A stretch of 64,000 nucleotides of DNA, from positions 650,113 through 714,112 of the forward strand of contig NW_003314335.1 of the NCBI RefSeq assembly GCF_000143415.4. Reading direction: 5' to 3'. The notes beneath the pieces were generated by a model. That model was not told where the DNA came from. It ran no database searches and saw only the letters and a program-made list of their open reading frames with translations. The stretch is from Selaginella moellendorffii (Eukaryota > Plantae > Lycopodiophyta). Position numbers and translations under genes: made by a program. The first letter of the stretch is position 1; each line of letters starts with the position of its first letter. This document shows positions 10,346 through 23,345 of the stretch, piece after piece.

Positions 10346-12414
10346 ATGGCGACTCTCTCGGCTTCCAAGTCGCAGCCTCTCTATCTTCTCTACGAGGCGC
10401 CGTCGGGCTACTCGATCTTCGAGGCGCACGGGCTCGACGAGATTGGCCAGGCCGCGGCGGCCGTCCAGGAATCCATCAAAGATCTCAATCGATTTGGCAA
10501 TGTCGTCCGCCTCGTCACTTTCAAGCCATTTGAGTCGGCCGCCAGCGCGCTGGACCAGTGCAATGCCATATCAGAAGGTAAGAATTTCCCGAATCTTAGC
10601 TTAGAGCGTAGAAACTACTTAAAAACTACTCTTTCTTTGCCAGGGATCATGACCAGCGAGCTGCAAGAGTTTTTAGGCTCTTGTCTCCCCAAAGTGAAGG
10701 CGGGAAAGGCCGCCAAGTTCTCTCTGGGCGTGGCGGAACCAAAGCTGGGGTCTCAAATCCAAGAGAGTCTGGGCGTTCCCTGCCAGAGCAATGAGTTTGT
10801 TGCAGAGTTTTTGCGTGGCATTCGTCTCCATTTTTCTCGTTTCGTCCGTGATCTCAAGGTGTCATTTTTTTCTCTCGTTTCTCTTTGGAGTTCTTACATT
10901 TAGGACTTCGACAGGAGGGAGATGTGGAAAGAGCCCAGCTTGGTCTTTCTCATAGCTACAGCAGAGCCAAAGTGAAATTCAACGTGAATAGGATCGACAA
11001 CATGATAATCCAGAGCATAAGCTTGCTGGATACGCTCGACAAAGATATCAACACATTTGCCATGAGAGCCAAGTACGCGGTTGCACTTCTTCTCTTTGTC
11101 TTTCTGATTAGTTTTCGTTGTTGCTAGAGAGTGGTATTCATGGCATTTTCCGGAGCTGGTTAAGATTATTAGCGACAACTACATATACGCAAAGCTCTGT
11201 ACGTTCATCAAGGACAAATCTACTCTCGCGGACGAGTCACTTGAAGAGCTGACAGAGATTACCGGGGATGAGGACAAGGCAAAGGAAATTCTTGCGGCTG
11301 CGAAATCATCCATGGGTGCGTCTCTTAGTATCCCTTGGTATTTTTATTTGACGCCAAGTTTTGCTAACAGGTCAGGACATTTCTCCCATCGACTTGATCA
11401 ACATCCAGGCTTTTGGAGAAAGGGTTGTCCGGCTTGTGGAGTTCCGAACCGTGCTCCATGGGTATCTCGTGTCCAAGATGCATGGAATTGCGCCAAACTT
11501 GGCTACTCTTATCGGAGAGATTGTTGGCGCCCGACTTATTTCACATGCAGGGAGCCTCTCAAACCTGGCTAAGTGTCCTGCTTCAACAGTTCAGATTCTC
11601 GGAGCAGAGAAAGCTCTATTCAGGTGCTTTATTTTATCTATGTATTTCGACTGTTTAAAACTTGTTCTCATCACTCCAGGGCTTTGAAGACCAAAGGTAA
11701 CACGCCAAAGTATGGTCTCATCTTCCATTCTTCGTTCATTGGGAGGGCTTCAGCGAAGAACAAGGGCCGTATTTCCCGATACCTGGCAAACAAGGCCAGT
11801 CTTGCAACGCGGCTTGACTGCTACCTGGGTAAGTCTTTCCTGTTAAAAGCCTCTTTATCTAAAGGTTTCTTTTGTGTGTCTTGTTTCAAGAAACGAGCAC
11901 AAATGCTTTTGGACAAAAGCTGAAGGAGCAAGTGGAAGAACGGCTTGATTTCTATGACAAGGGTGTGGCGCCTCGGAAAAATATCGACGTAATGAAGCTG
12001 GCCTGCAAAGAGGCGCTGCAACAGCAATCGAATGCTGACGTGGAGATGGAAGACGCCGCAGAAAAAGAGAAAATAGCACAAGATGGAGAAGCCTTTCCAG
12101 AAGGTAGTACCTCTTTTTCATGCATCTTAAGATGATTGTACTCGTCACTGCCAGATGGAAAGAAGAAAAAGAAGAAAAAGAGGAAGAGTGACGCCGAGCC
12201 CATGGACATGGATGAGCCGCAGCCAGCTGCCGAAAAGAAGAAGAAGAAGAAGAAAGCGATTTCGGAGGAGGAGAACGGGCATCCATCAGTTGCAGTCGAG
12301 GACGAGCCTGTTTCAAAGAACGAGCCAAAGAAGAAGAAAAAGGCTAAAAAATCTGCCGAAGCGGCTGAGGAGGTGTCAAAGAAAAAGAAGAAGCGAAAGA
12401 ATGCTGCCGAGTAA
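10346..12414 (+). CDS. NOP56: Nucleolar protein 56 (box C/D snoRNP core), multi-exon
   Basis: [85 protein letters not shown]-rich tail. Confidence 0.95.
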
Positions 12415-12509
12415 CTTAAAACTACGAAAGGTACGCTGTTTTTACTTTCATCTCTTTATTTACGTAGTGGAAATTCCAGCCATTATAGCTGAAGAGGAGA
12501 GAATACAGC

Positions 12510-14848
12510 CTACATAGCGCTCTTCTTCCAAGCCTGCCGCGCAGCATCGCGTTCCTGGAAACAAAACACCAAACAGGGATGTATCATTTTTTCCACTTGT
12601 TTCTATTTTTTTTTTTCCAACTTGTGACTTTAAAGAACCACTTACTTTTATTGCTTCCATTTCAGCCTCGTCCACGTTTCTCCTCTTCTTAGAGCCCCGC
12701 CTGTGTGGAGGTGCTTGCGGCACTTCATCGATGCACTTCCCCTCTTTCTTGCAAGCCAGCAGCCGATTCGCAGCATCGATACCTTGCGAGCAAATCCTCC
12801 GAGAGTCAGGTACTGAAAACGAGCTTTCTTCCGCAAGACTCACCACTGTAGTAAGCTCCGTGGACGTAGCCATTGTAGTGCTCGTGGGTGTGCTCTCCGC
12901 TGAAGTAGAGCGCTCCCTTGAGCGGCGCTTGGATTCGCTCAAACTCGTAGCTCTCGACGCCGATGGGCCAGTTTGAGAAGGATCCACCGAAGAAGCGATT
13001 CGAAAACCACTTTGGAACCAGGATATCGATCGGCTTTGGCACCGACGGCCCAAACATGTTCTTGAGAACTTCGTGGACTTCCTCGATGGTTTCGTTGGGG
13101 GGCTGCTGCTCGATACGCCGGGATTCGTCGTCGGTCACTGTGACAAACATGACGTTGGCTCCCGGGTACTCGTTTTCCAGATGCTGTGAAAGAAGAGTTA
13201 GTTTGTTTCTTTGAGATGATAATTCTATGTTTTAGATGATAATGGGGGATTACCTGCCAGACTGGATAGTATCCTCGGTGCTCGTCGGCGTAGAGCATGA
13301 ACTCGGTGAGGGGTCCGTTTGATGGCCAGAACTTGTATGGGAATTTGAGGAAGATCTTCGTGTAGACAGCCATGTCAAACTCGCTCAAGGCCTCGATCTT
13401 CCAGTCCTGCAAAAACCTTGGGTTTGAGATCTTGATTGTGGAAACTTTGGGTTTTGATACCGGGAAGGGTGGTATGAACTTGATGAGGCCGCTCTGGAGA
13501 ACCCCAAGGCTGACTGTGACGATCACGTACTTGGCTTTGTAGCTCTTGCCACCTTCGGTGCCAACTTTTACACCATTCTTGGAGTATCGTATATTGTTCA
13601 CCACCTGCGAGATGATCCAAGAGGTTTTAGCATTTGGGAATGGAGATCATTGGCGATTGTCAAACCGTGTTGAGCTTGAGCCTTGGATCGGTGATAACTC
13701 CATCCTTGGAATCCAGAAACTCTTCCGCCAACTTTTGGACGAGGTACGAGTATCCCCTTTGGTCGGCCACCAGGAAATTGCTATCGCCAAAGTTGTGAAA
13801 GGTGGGGTTTGGCTGGGTGTTCTTCAAGCTGGTAACTCGAGGAGGCTCTGGAAAGTATTCAAATGCTGGCATTGCTCTTGCAAGCATTTATACGTACCAG
13901 CAAATTCGTAGTCATAATTGTAGTAGTCGAGGACCATCTCCACTGGCGTCGAGGGGACCCTGCAAGATTTTGTGGTATATGGAGGTCCTTATTAGCGGCA
14001 TAAAGCCTTACTTTCCATAAATGCGCTGTGCTGTGAACACAGAGATATCGGCGCTATTGCTCTGGCTCTTCTTGATTCCAAGCGATTCGATCCACTCGGA
14101 GCTGTCGTCGAGCTTCTTCATGTAGATGTCGCCCAGCTTGTTTGCAAAGTGTCCACTGCAAGAGCAAAACGTGAGAGAGATTAGATCCCATGGATTGTGT
14201 GTGTGTGGAGAGAGAGAGAGAGAGAGAGATGATTCATGAGAAAAGAGTTGTGAGTTCTCCTCTTATATCTCGCCTGGGAGAAGTGAGAATGAAACTTTTT
14301 AGGAGAAGAGAAAGAGGGTCACAGAGTTCTTGTTCTTGGGAAAAGAGAGAGAGCATCGAGGCCATGATCATAGAGTTCTTTGGGAGATCCAGGAGAACTT
14401 GATGGCATGGATAGAATATATCTTAAAAGGAAGTTTAATGTGTTGGGCTCTAAGATCACTGAACTCTTGGGTGTAGATGTTGCTGCTGAGATTGTCAAAG
14501 TTGGAGTAGAACATCCGGAGCTTGTGCTTGTTTGCGAGCTCCCAGATTGGGTTTGTCGTCGTCTCGTTGACACCCTCGACCCAGTTTGCTCCCAGCTCGA
14601 TCCTCTTGCCCGCGAAATCGGCCTCGCGCATCCTCCCGCCGATCCTGTCCGTGGCCTCAAGGATGACAAAGTCGTCAATCCCGGCCTCGGACAAGGTGTT
14701 TGCAGCCATGATGCCTGCAACCACGGAAAACCAATGGCATTTAGAGATTCCATCCATATACGAATGCCAATGTAAAGATACATCAAAAGAATCAACGTGT
14801 AGGATCACGAAACATATAGATCACGAAGAACTTCACGAAACGAATGGA

Positions 14849-14889
<41 letters not shown>

Positions 14890-15438
14890 CAGATCTTTCG
14901 TGAATCAAAGATATATGTGCTAAGATCACGAAAACGAAGTGGTGAGCATGGAGTTTCTCTCTCTTTTTTCCCAGATCTTTCGTGAATTCAAAGATGTATT
15001 TGATAGAATGGAGTGGCTCTCTCTCTCTCTCTCTTCCAGATCTTTCGTGCATCAAAGATATATGTGCTAACGAAACGTATAGATCACGAAGAACTTCACG
15101 AAACATGGTGAGAATGGAGTCTTTCTCTCTCTCTCTTTCCAGATCTTTCGCGAATCAAAGATACATCACGAAAAACTTCACGAAACATGGTGAGAATGGA
15201 GTCTTTCTCTCCACATCTCTCGTGAATCAAAGATATATGTGATAAAATTCTTCGTGTATTGTATACCTGCCATTCCTGCACCAACAATTATCACGTCAAA
15301 CGAGTATTTGGCATCGAGGGCATCCTCAGCAGTGATCTTCCGCGCTGCAGCGACGCAGCGCGATCGATCCAGAGCGACCAAGGCGAGGAAGAAGAAGAAG
15401 ACGAAGGAAGAGAAGAAAAAGCTCGAGAAGCTCCTCAT
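12510..15438 (-). CDS. PAO: Polyamine oxidase (FAD-dependent, secreted type), tandem copy B
   Basis: Signal peptide, VIIVGAGMAG, ILEATDRIGGR, IELGANWVEG, YTKIFLKFPYKFWP, FSGEHTHEHYNGYVHGAYYSG; last exon ERDAARQAWKKSAM*. Confidence 0.92.
14815..15240. repeat. Intronic minisatellite, about 5 imperfect units each with a (CT)n tract
   Basis: Recurrent atggag...(ct)n ccagatctttcgtgaatcaaagat and cacgaagaacttcacgaaac blocks inside intron 1 of PAO copy B. Confidence 0.8.
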
Positions 15439-15719
15439 GGTGTCTATAGATGATTGGCTCTAGCGGGATAGCCGCTTATAAATACTCCCAGAGATCCTGG
15501 AATCTTCTAAGCATCATTAGCAATAAAAGAAATTGCATCCGACATGGAGGGCTCCGCTGGATTGTCATTTTCACATAAATTAAACCCTCTCACTTTTTCT
15601 TTTTGGTTTTTCCTATTGGTCCATTGTACAAAAAATTGTTTTTATCACTATCGTTTGCCACATCATTCATTCATTTTTTGTTTACATGGCCAGCTCCAAG
15701 AATGGAGCTATCAATGAAT

Positions 15720-17867
15720 TCAATGAGCTGAATTGACCGCTAATATTCCATGGAGCTGCTTATCCCACTCGCGCCTGGACAAATCCCGCTCCTAAACAAA
15801 AAGAAGACAAAATCTCCTGAAAAGTGCCAAGAAATGCTAGATCCTTACCTTGACAACGCTTGCTTCCGCGCTCTCCATGTTTCGTCTCCTCTTCTCTCCG
15901 GTTCTGTGCGCCGGTGCCTTTGGTACTTTGTCCACGCACTTGTTCTTCTTCATGCAGTCCAGGAGTTTGTTCGCAGCGTCGATCCCTGGAAACCAAACTG
16001 AGCTCCAAAACCCGCGAGAACTTTGGCTACTTACCGCTGTAGTAAGCACCGTGGACGTAGCCATTGTAGTGCTCATGCGTGTGCTCTCCAGCGAAGTAGA
16101 GAGTGTGGCTGAGCGGCGCTTGGATCCTCTCAAACTCGAAAGCTTCCACACCAATGGGCCAGTTGGAGAAGGAGCCGACGAAGAACCTGTTGGACCACCA
16201 TCTCGGTACCAGGATATCAGTTGGCTTGGGCACCGACGGTCCAAACATCGACTTAAGCACTTCGTGGATCTCGGCTATGGTTTCATTGTTGGGTTGTTGC
16301 TCAATGCGGCGGGATTCGTAGTCCGTGACGGTGACGAACATGACATTTGCCCCTGGGTACTCGTTCTCCAAATGCTGAAAGCTTCCAGCTTAAAACACGA
16401 TGGTGTGAAGAGTTTGAAGTGTCCTTACTTGCCATATTGGATAGTACCCGCGTCTCTCGTCGGCATAGAGGAAGAACTCGGTCAGTGGTCCGTTTGAAGG
16501 CCAGAACTTGTAGGGGAACTTGAGAAAGATCTTGGTGTAAACAGCCATGTCAAACTCGCTCAAAGCTTCACGTTTCCAGTCCTGCAGAGGGGATTGCACT
16601 GCCATTTAGCGGAGGATGCATCTACTTCGAATGAACTGACCGGTAAACCAGGGTTGAACTTGATAAGGTCGCTCTGAAGAACTCCCAGACTGACCGTCAC
16701 GATGATGTACTTTGAGTTGTAGACTTTGCCGTCTTCAGTGGTTGCAGCCACTCCTGTTTTAGAGTACTTGATTTGGCGGACAACCTGCGAAGAGCGAAGA
16801 GTAGGATTGATCACTTTCATGTCAAGCCGTGGTACCTTGTTAAGCTGAAGCCTGGGATCGGTAATTTTGCCGTTCTTGTTGGCAAGGAACTCCTCGGCTA
16901 GTTTCTGAACGAGGTACGAGTAACCACGCTGGTCAGCAACAAGGTAATTGTCGTCGCCAAAATTATGAAACGTAGGATTAGGCTGTGTGTTTTTCAAGCT
17001 CGTGACACTTGGTGGCTCTGGAATGTTCAAAGGAGAGAAACATGGTCAAGAAATCTAGAAAATAAGTAAGGTAGATACCTGCAAATTCGTAGTCGTAGTT
17101 GTAATAGTCGAGAACCATCTCGACAGGAGTCTTTGGAAAACTGTAGCCAGCACAGATTAAGATAAGCAAGCACATTGAAAGATCGAGCGCTTACACTCCG
17201 TGAAGTTTCTGTGCGGACAAAACAGACATATCCGGGGCATTGCTTTCGCTCTTGCTCAGCCCGAGCTCATCAACGAAATCGCTAGAATCGTCGGACTTGC
17301 TCATAAAGTTTTCTCCCAGCTTGTTTTGAAGATGTCCACTGCCCACAATTTAATGCCTTTCAGATTATCGTGTGAAGCTCAGCAAACAGAGAGAAACTTA
17401 CTTCTGAGTGTAGATGTTGTGACTGAGATTGTCAAAGTTAGAGTAGAACGTCCGGAGCTTGTACTGGTTTGCAAGCTTCCAGATGGGATTCGTGGTGGTC
17501 TTGTTCACTCCTTCCACCCAGTTTGCTCCCAGCTCGATCCGCTTCCCTGCAAAGTCCGCCTCCCGCATTCGCCCCCCGATGACCTCAGTCGCCTCGAGAA
17601 TAACAAAATCCTTCACTCCAGCTTCGGACAGTGTCTTCGCAGCCATTACACCTGAGAACACCACGAGCAGATCTCAGTCAGTTTCGACGAGATGGACTTC
17701 CGAGTTTGTCATTAACCTGCCATGCCGGCCCCAACAATAATAACCGATGACGGCGATGGCTTTGGATCAGTAGCAAGCCTTCGAGCACCAGCAGCAGCAA
17801 CGGCAGCATCGAGTAGCGGTGCTAGCAACGCGACGAGAAGAAATGTAGATAGCAAAGAACGAGCCAT
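15720..17867 (-). CDS. PAO: Polyamine oxidase, tandem copy A
   Basis: MARSLLSTFLLVALL signal peptide, VIIVGAGMAG, same exon structure and motifs as copy B; last exon ERDLSRREWDK...; an alternative acceptor would end it at 15760. Confidence 0.92.
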
Positions 17868-18316
17868 GGCCACTGCTGCCTCTCCGCTGCTTGCCGCTGC
17901 AAGCTGCACAGAAAACTAAATTACAGATTGTGTGAATGAAGAAGCAACATCCTTGCATATTGATAGGATCGTTGTACAAAAACTGTACGAATGGACCATT
18001 TTCGTCGCGGACAGAGATCGTGCCGGCCAGCTGTATGACTGATCGGAAAGGTTTAGAAAAAGCAACGTCATAATCAAGCAAGAGCGCTGGTCTGTCTGTC
18101 TTTGCCAAATGTTTTTTCTTTTCCTGCTATACAGAGTCTGCAAAATCATGTCGCCACTCGGGTTAAGAGCACAAGCGACGAGACGATACCGTGGCGCTAA
18201 AGTTATACTCAAAACTAGTCGACGAGAGTGAGAAGATATCGCAAAAAAATTCTTCTATACTTCAAGCTGCAAGCGCCGGAGAGAGGAGTTAGTGGCATTC
18301 GGTCATAGGCATGAGT

Positions 18317-19436
18317 CTAGAGAGCTTGAGTACCCTCCATGGCAGCAGCCTTTGTCATCTCCTTAGTGATGGCGTCCACCAGTGCTTTGTCATGGTACTC
18401 GGGTCCAAACACCTTGATGCATTCCATCTTGGTGTTCATCAGGTAACTGCCACAAGACTGGAAAAGATATATCGGCTGCGCGAAGAGAAGTGAATTTCGC
18501 TTACACGTTAGAGGAGTGCTCGACAAGGTAGTCGGATCTGTCCTCGTCCGTCTTCCTGAAAAACGCTCGGAACTTCCACAGCACCGGCCTCACATCGCTT
18601 GGCTTTCCAGTAAGTCCAACAAAGCCTGGGTGAAACTCTGCAGAGACAAAGGTTGGAAAGGCTTTTACGTTTGATTGAGCTCGACCTCTGAGGTAGTGCT
18701 TGAGTTGGACCGCGTTGTCACGCTCCGGATCAGCCGTGATGAAGATCGGCACAATGCTCTTTCCTAAGTGTAATCCAACATCAAGAAAAAAAATGGAAAA
18801 ACGAAAGTAACCACGAAAACTCACCTAGTTGATGCACGACGCTAGCAATCTTCTCAAGCTGCCGCGGACAATCCTCGGGACAATGCGTGTAGCCAATGTA
18901 GATCAAAGACCACTTGCCAAAGAAGTCACTGTTCGACACTACTTTGCCAGACTGATCGAGGAGAGAGAACGGGCCACCGACGGTGATCCTCTCAGGCCTC
19001 ACAGCCGCGGTAGATGTTTTTTTCGCTAAGGAAAAACAGACTTAGCATTGACAACAAGAAGAACAAGAAGAAAACAGAAAAACTACCTTCGATCGGTGGC
19101 CTCCCGAGGTAGAAATACGCGGCAAATGCGAGGCCCACGCCGGTCCCCAGAAGAATCATCGATCGAGCAAGCCAGTTCGCAGGCTGGAAGACAGAGAGTA
19201 AGAGAAAGAAGAAAGAATGTGTCATGAGATCCATAGAGAAGGATCACAACCTCTGGATAGGGCACGATCACAGGGCGCTCTCTCTCGACTGAAAACCTCC
19301 TCCTGGAAGAGCAATATTTCGCCTGGAGAGCGAGGAATGCAGAGAAAGGAATGAGATTTTCGCGAACCTTTGGCGATGGCGCAGCGATCCTCTTGGCGAA
19401 GGAGGTGTAGTAGCGCCTGGACATGCCCAGCGCCAT
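18317..19436 (-). CDS. SCO1: SCO1/SenC copper chaperone for cytochrome c oxidase assembly
   Basis: Mitochondrial-type presequence, TM helix, VGGPFSLLDQSG, IGYTHCPEDCP (CxxxC), PIFITADPERD, DYLVEHS (conserved His). Confidence 0.88.
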
Positions 19437-20459
19437 TGCTCATTCCATACCTAAAACCCTAAAACAATATTATATCAATTAGTGCATATGTCTCTTCCTT
19501 CTCCTTGCCATGGCAGCAGAGCAGGATCAGAATGCCGGAACTTAAAAGATGCCGTTGGAGCTCATCCTCGCAATCTCTCTATCTGGCAATCAAGACTCTC
19601 CTGGTGATTAAATCATAGAGAGAGAGAGAGATATCGTGCACACACAAACCTGGCAATCCACACGATCGATCAAAGATCGTAGAACAAGAATTGCCACTCT
19701 CCAGCAATCGCCCTGACCTAGATGTTGAGAGAAAGCTGTGGGTGGCTGGCCGTGCAGGCGTGATCGTTGATAAAGAAGGAATCGAACCACCACAAATCAA
19801 TCGGGTTATGTTGGGGCAAAATTCAAAATTGTACAGCTGGGTCATTAAATACATGAATTTATTTCAGTCAGTCGATAAAGTAGCCTTCTAGTTCGTTAGA
19901 GGTCACCATCCGGTAAAACGTGGCGGCCCGTAGATGGACGCCTCCATTCTCATGGTTTTGATCTTTGCTGTGTGTGTATCCTCATCATTTTTGCCCGTCT
20001 TTCCTTGTGGGATTTTATCGATATGCACCAGTGCCGATACAACGAGAAAAACCGCGGGATATTTGAATCGTTGACGGGCGTCTGTGCTGACAGGGCGACG
20101 TGAAATGCCACGTAGACGAATATCCGGTTTAAGGCTTGTGGTTATATATGCACTAAATATATCTTTGATATTTAATAATCATTTAAACCAGCCCAAACTA
20201 CGTCAAAATTTACAACCTTCTATAAACTTGTCAATCCTTTCACCGATTGTCCTCTTCGACAGCACAAAGATTTACTGGTGCACGAGTTGCAGGCTATTTC
20301 ACCTAGGTTGTGAGAAACTCGAAGTACCACATTTAAAGCTGAGTATGCCAATTTGCTACCAGTGTGCTGCCGACCTCATGTGCGTAGAGCAGGGCAGCAT
20401 ACTGGCGCTTGATGCTTCATCATCAACTTTGAGCGTTTTGTTGCTCCTGAAAGCACTGT

Positions 20460-22313
20460 GAGTGTCCCCCTTTAATCTTAACACTGAAGGAACAGTACCT
20501 GAATCGTTCGCTTTCCTCCGTTTTTTCTTGAAAATCTGAGGCTCGCCATCTTCCAGGCTGCACAACATGTCGTTAGAAAAGCCAACAAAACTGTGATAAA
20601 AAAAAGTGAACCTATGGCCACCAGATTCTCGGAAACTGTCCGCAGCACTTCTGCACACAACAGAGGGCCTGTAATCGTTGCATTAGCACTGTTATGAACA
20701 AAAAGTTGACTTACCTTCGGTGGTGGGCATTCCTCTTGCTCTTGGAAACCTGCCTCACGCTGCTGGGACCTTCCATGACACTAAAGCACAAATGAGAATG
20801 TCAAGGTGGCGATAGGATTGATGATGAATAGAGAGTACCTCTGAACCAAAGCCTCGTACACCTCCTTTGGAGTTGGCCAGATCTTGTCGATAAGCATATG
20901 AGCTTGGCACACCCTTTCCCTGGCCACGGGCTCCCCCAACAGGATGCTCTTGAGGTCAAAGTCACACAGTCTTGCAAAAACCACGTTCGACTTTGAGCTG
21001 AGACAGAAAGCGCAAGATCACCAGATCAAGGAGATGAGAGGTTCAAATGCACTTGCATAGTATACATACCCGAACGAAGTTCCATGAGGAATGATGCGAA
21101 ACACGCGCAGATCTTTTTCAGAAATGTCCTCTTGAAACTCAGGAGGGACTGTGTCCGGATAGTCTTCCGGGGTCAGCACTTTGACCCTCCCGGGCCTGGA
21201 CACAAATATTTAAGCGAATTCACAAAGATAAGAAAGGAAAACGGGAGACATACGTCGTTGAATGTAGCACTGCCTCGAGGTAAAAGCACCTGAACGACTT
21301 GTCTATGGGAGAAGGATTGCGAAGCATGTACCTGTACGCAAGGAAAGCAAGACGAAGATGGTGAGGATACAAGCAGAAAACTGGGTTTACCAGAGTAGCT
21401 GGCTACTGTCATGGAGCTTTTGTTTCTCAGTTACTGAAGCCTTTGCTGCTCCTTTGAGTTCAGCATCTGTAACATACACAGAAGATAATGATAAACCAAA
21501 GCGCGCCATACTTACAGTTGAAGGAGCAGCCATAGAAAATATTCGCCTCTGCTTCTAGCAGCATGAGCCGAGCATGCGCGACCGCATCTTCCACTTTCTC
21601 CCGGTGTGTTAGAACGTCTGGAAGAAGGCAAGGCACAAGCAAGTCCTCGATAAATGGTTCGGACTTGATGCTGCAGAGCAGAAGCTCCAGCTCTTGGTAG
21701 CTGAGTTTGCCGTAGCTTGGTGATGACTGCCGTTCAACAAGTTTGACTATATCATACGAGAGGGCCTCGTAAACGGGTTGAGCTCGTTCACCAAACTTTT
21801 CACTTGAAAGATCCATCTACATGAACTGGTAAGAGACACGAAACAGAAACAAAGGAGGAAGGAGACACTCACCGTTTTGCGCTGAGCAAAGCGATCAGAC
21901 AGCAAAGCATCACTGACAGCCATCCTTTGAGTCGCATCTTCTACAGAAACATGAATCAGTTCAGCTGCACGATAAAACCACCCAAACCTGTTACCTGAGT
22001 CCAGGAAACGTCGAGCGAGTTGAGGGCTGCATGGGTCCTGGAGGATGTGGCGAGCAGTCTGGAAAACCTCGTCGGAGATGAAATCTTGGAAGAGATCCCA
22101 GTGCTGGTGGATGTAGAGTAAACCCAGCAAATGGCCCAAGTCTGGATCCTGAGCCACTGCATCGTACCTCGTGTTGACATATTCCCCCACCAGCCTCTTC
22201 TCCTTGGCAAAGCTCCTGAGTTTGTCATACTCATTACTTACCTTTCTCAATCCCCTGAGACCCTTTCTTGATATCCGAGAACGCCGCTCCGACTCGACCC
22301 CCAGGTTTTCCAT
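20460..22313 (-). CDS. Unknown multi-exon gene or pseudogene, no recognisable domain
   Basis: Consecutive ORF segments (21873-22313, 21515-21817 and smaller ones) separated by GT-AG introns; 3' end uncertain; in-frame TGA upstream of the chosen ATG. Confidence 0.4.
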
Positions 22314-22374
22314 TGCCACCCTAACGCCTCAAGGAGAGGCCATTTTGTCAGCTTCAAGTACCTTTTGCCTTTCG

Positions 22375-22880
22375 ATGCGCTCCATTCCAATCGCGCCGGC
22401 ATTTCTTTCCTCCTCGCTGTTGCCGTCGCCCTCTTCTTAGGTTTCCTGCTAGCACAGATGAGGAGGAAGCGCCTGGCTGTTTTCGTGTCTGGCGGCGGAT
22501 AAAACTTTCAGAGCATTCACAAGCCGACGACGGATGGCACTGATCTTGGAGATGTTGTCTCGGACAAGCCAGGTTAGTTCTTCTTGATCTTTTTCATGGC
22601 TAGAATCCATAGCGTTTAGTTCTTCCCATTCATTTGTCCTGTGCAAGGCTTGTGAATACGTTCGAGAGCACGGGATTTCGCTGGCATATTTCCCAAGACG
22701 GACACGCCGCAAGACTTGGCGGCCTTGTTCTTTAGTTTCGATTGGTTTTTGGATGGGATTTGCTACTCACAGGAGCACGCACTGATGTGGAAGCTGTGGC
22801 TGCTCTCTACGAAGAAAGGATTGAACGTAGTGGCGATGGAGTCCCTTGCATGCGCGAAGAAGAACTAGCTTAACTGGAGG
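22375..22880 (+). pseudogene. PUR3: Phosphoribosylglycinamide formyltransferase (PurN/PUR3) pseudogene with a central deletion
   Basis: RKRLAVFVSGGG*NFQSIH (TAA at 22500 replaces the Ser of GGSN), SDKPG, CEYVREHGI...FP, and the plant PurN C-terminus VEAVAALYEERIERSGDGVP; catalytic NIHP region absent. Confidence 0.8.
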
Positions 22881-23033
22881 TATTTCGATCTTTGTATATG
22901 TTATCCAACTATTTTCCATAACAAACGATTTCTTGTGAGAAAATGAAAGAATATTCTTTATATTAGCTCCCGCACAAGAAAACTCCGTCACCTTGAAAGT
23001 ACATTGTCCTTAGATACGCGTAAGGTTTTTTGG

Positions 23034-23345
23034 TCAGATCTTTTGTACCTGCCACGGCCACTTGAGATCCTTCTCGTGCCCTGGCAGCTCCAGCGGGAAC
23101 TTGCGGTCCAGATCAAACTTGTCACCTTCGGGAAGTGGCCGATTACACGACGCCTTGACGCCACGATCGGTGCACTCGAGCAGCATTCGCATGTCCTCGC
23201 GGACAGGGTAGAACTCGGACAGTGCCGCCGCCAAAGACTGTTTCATGTGGGAGATGATCTTCGAAAAAGGTGGCGAGGCGGCCTGAAGAAGAGGAGGCGA
23301 TTCCGGTATGGAAGCTCCTGGTACATGTGGCTGAAGATGCAGAGC
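23034..23345 (-). pseudogene. BAHD acyltransferase N-terminal fragment
   Basis: IISHMKQSLAAALSEFYP...LLECTDRGV matches the BAHD LKxSLSxxLxxFYP...xxCNDxGV block; no HxxxD or DFGWG motif follows. Confidence 0.6.

Noticed and set aside
10346-12414. Intronic snoRNAs in NOP56
   Set aside because: Introns are only about 50-65 nt and show no convincing box C/D pair
14815-15240. CRISPR-like appearance of repeats with variable spacers
   Set aside because: Eukaryotic intron, the spacers are themselves repetitive, and there are no cas genes
19510-19610. F-box-like snippet MPLELILAIS
   Set aside because: Too short, flanked by stops, with no supporting downstream domain
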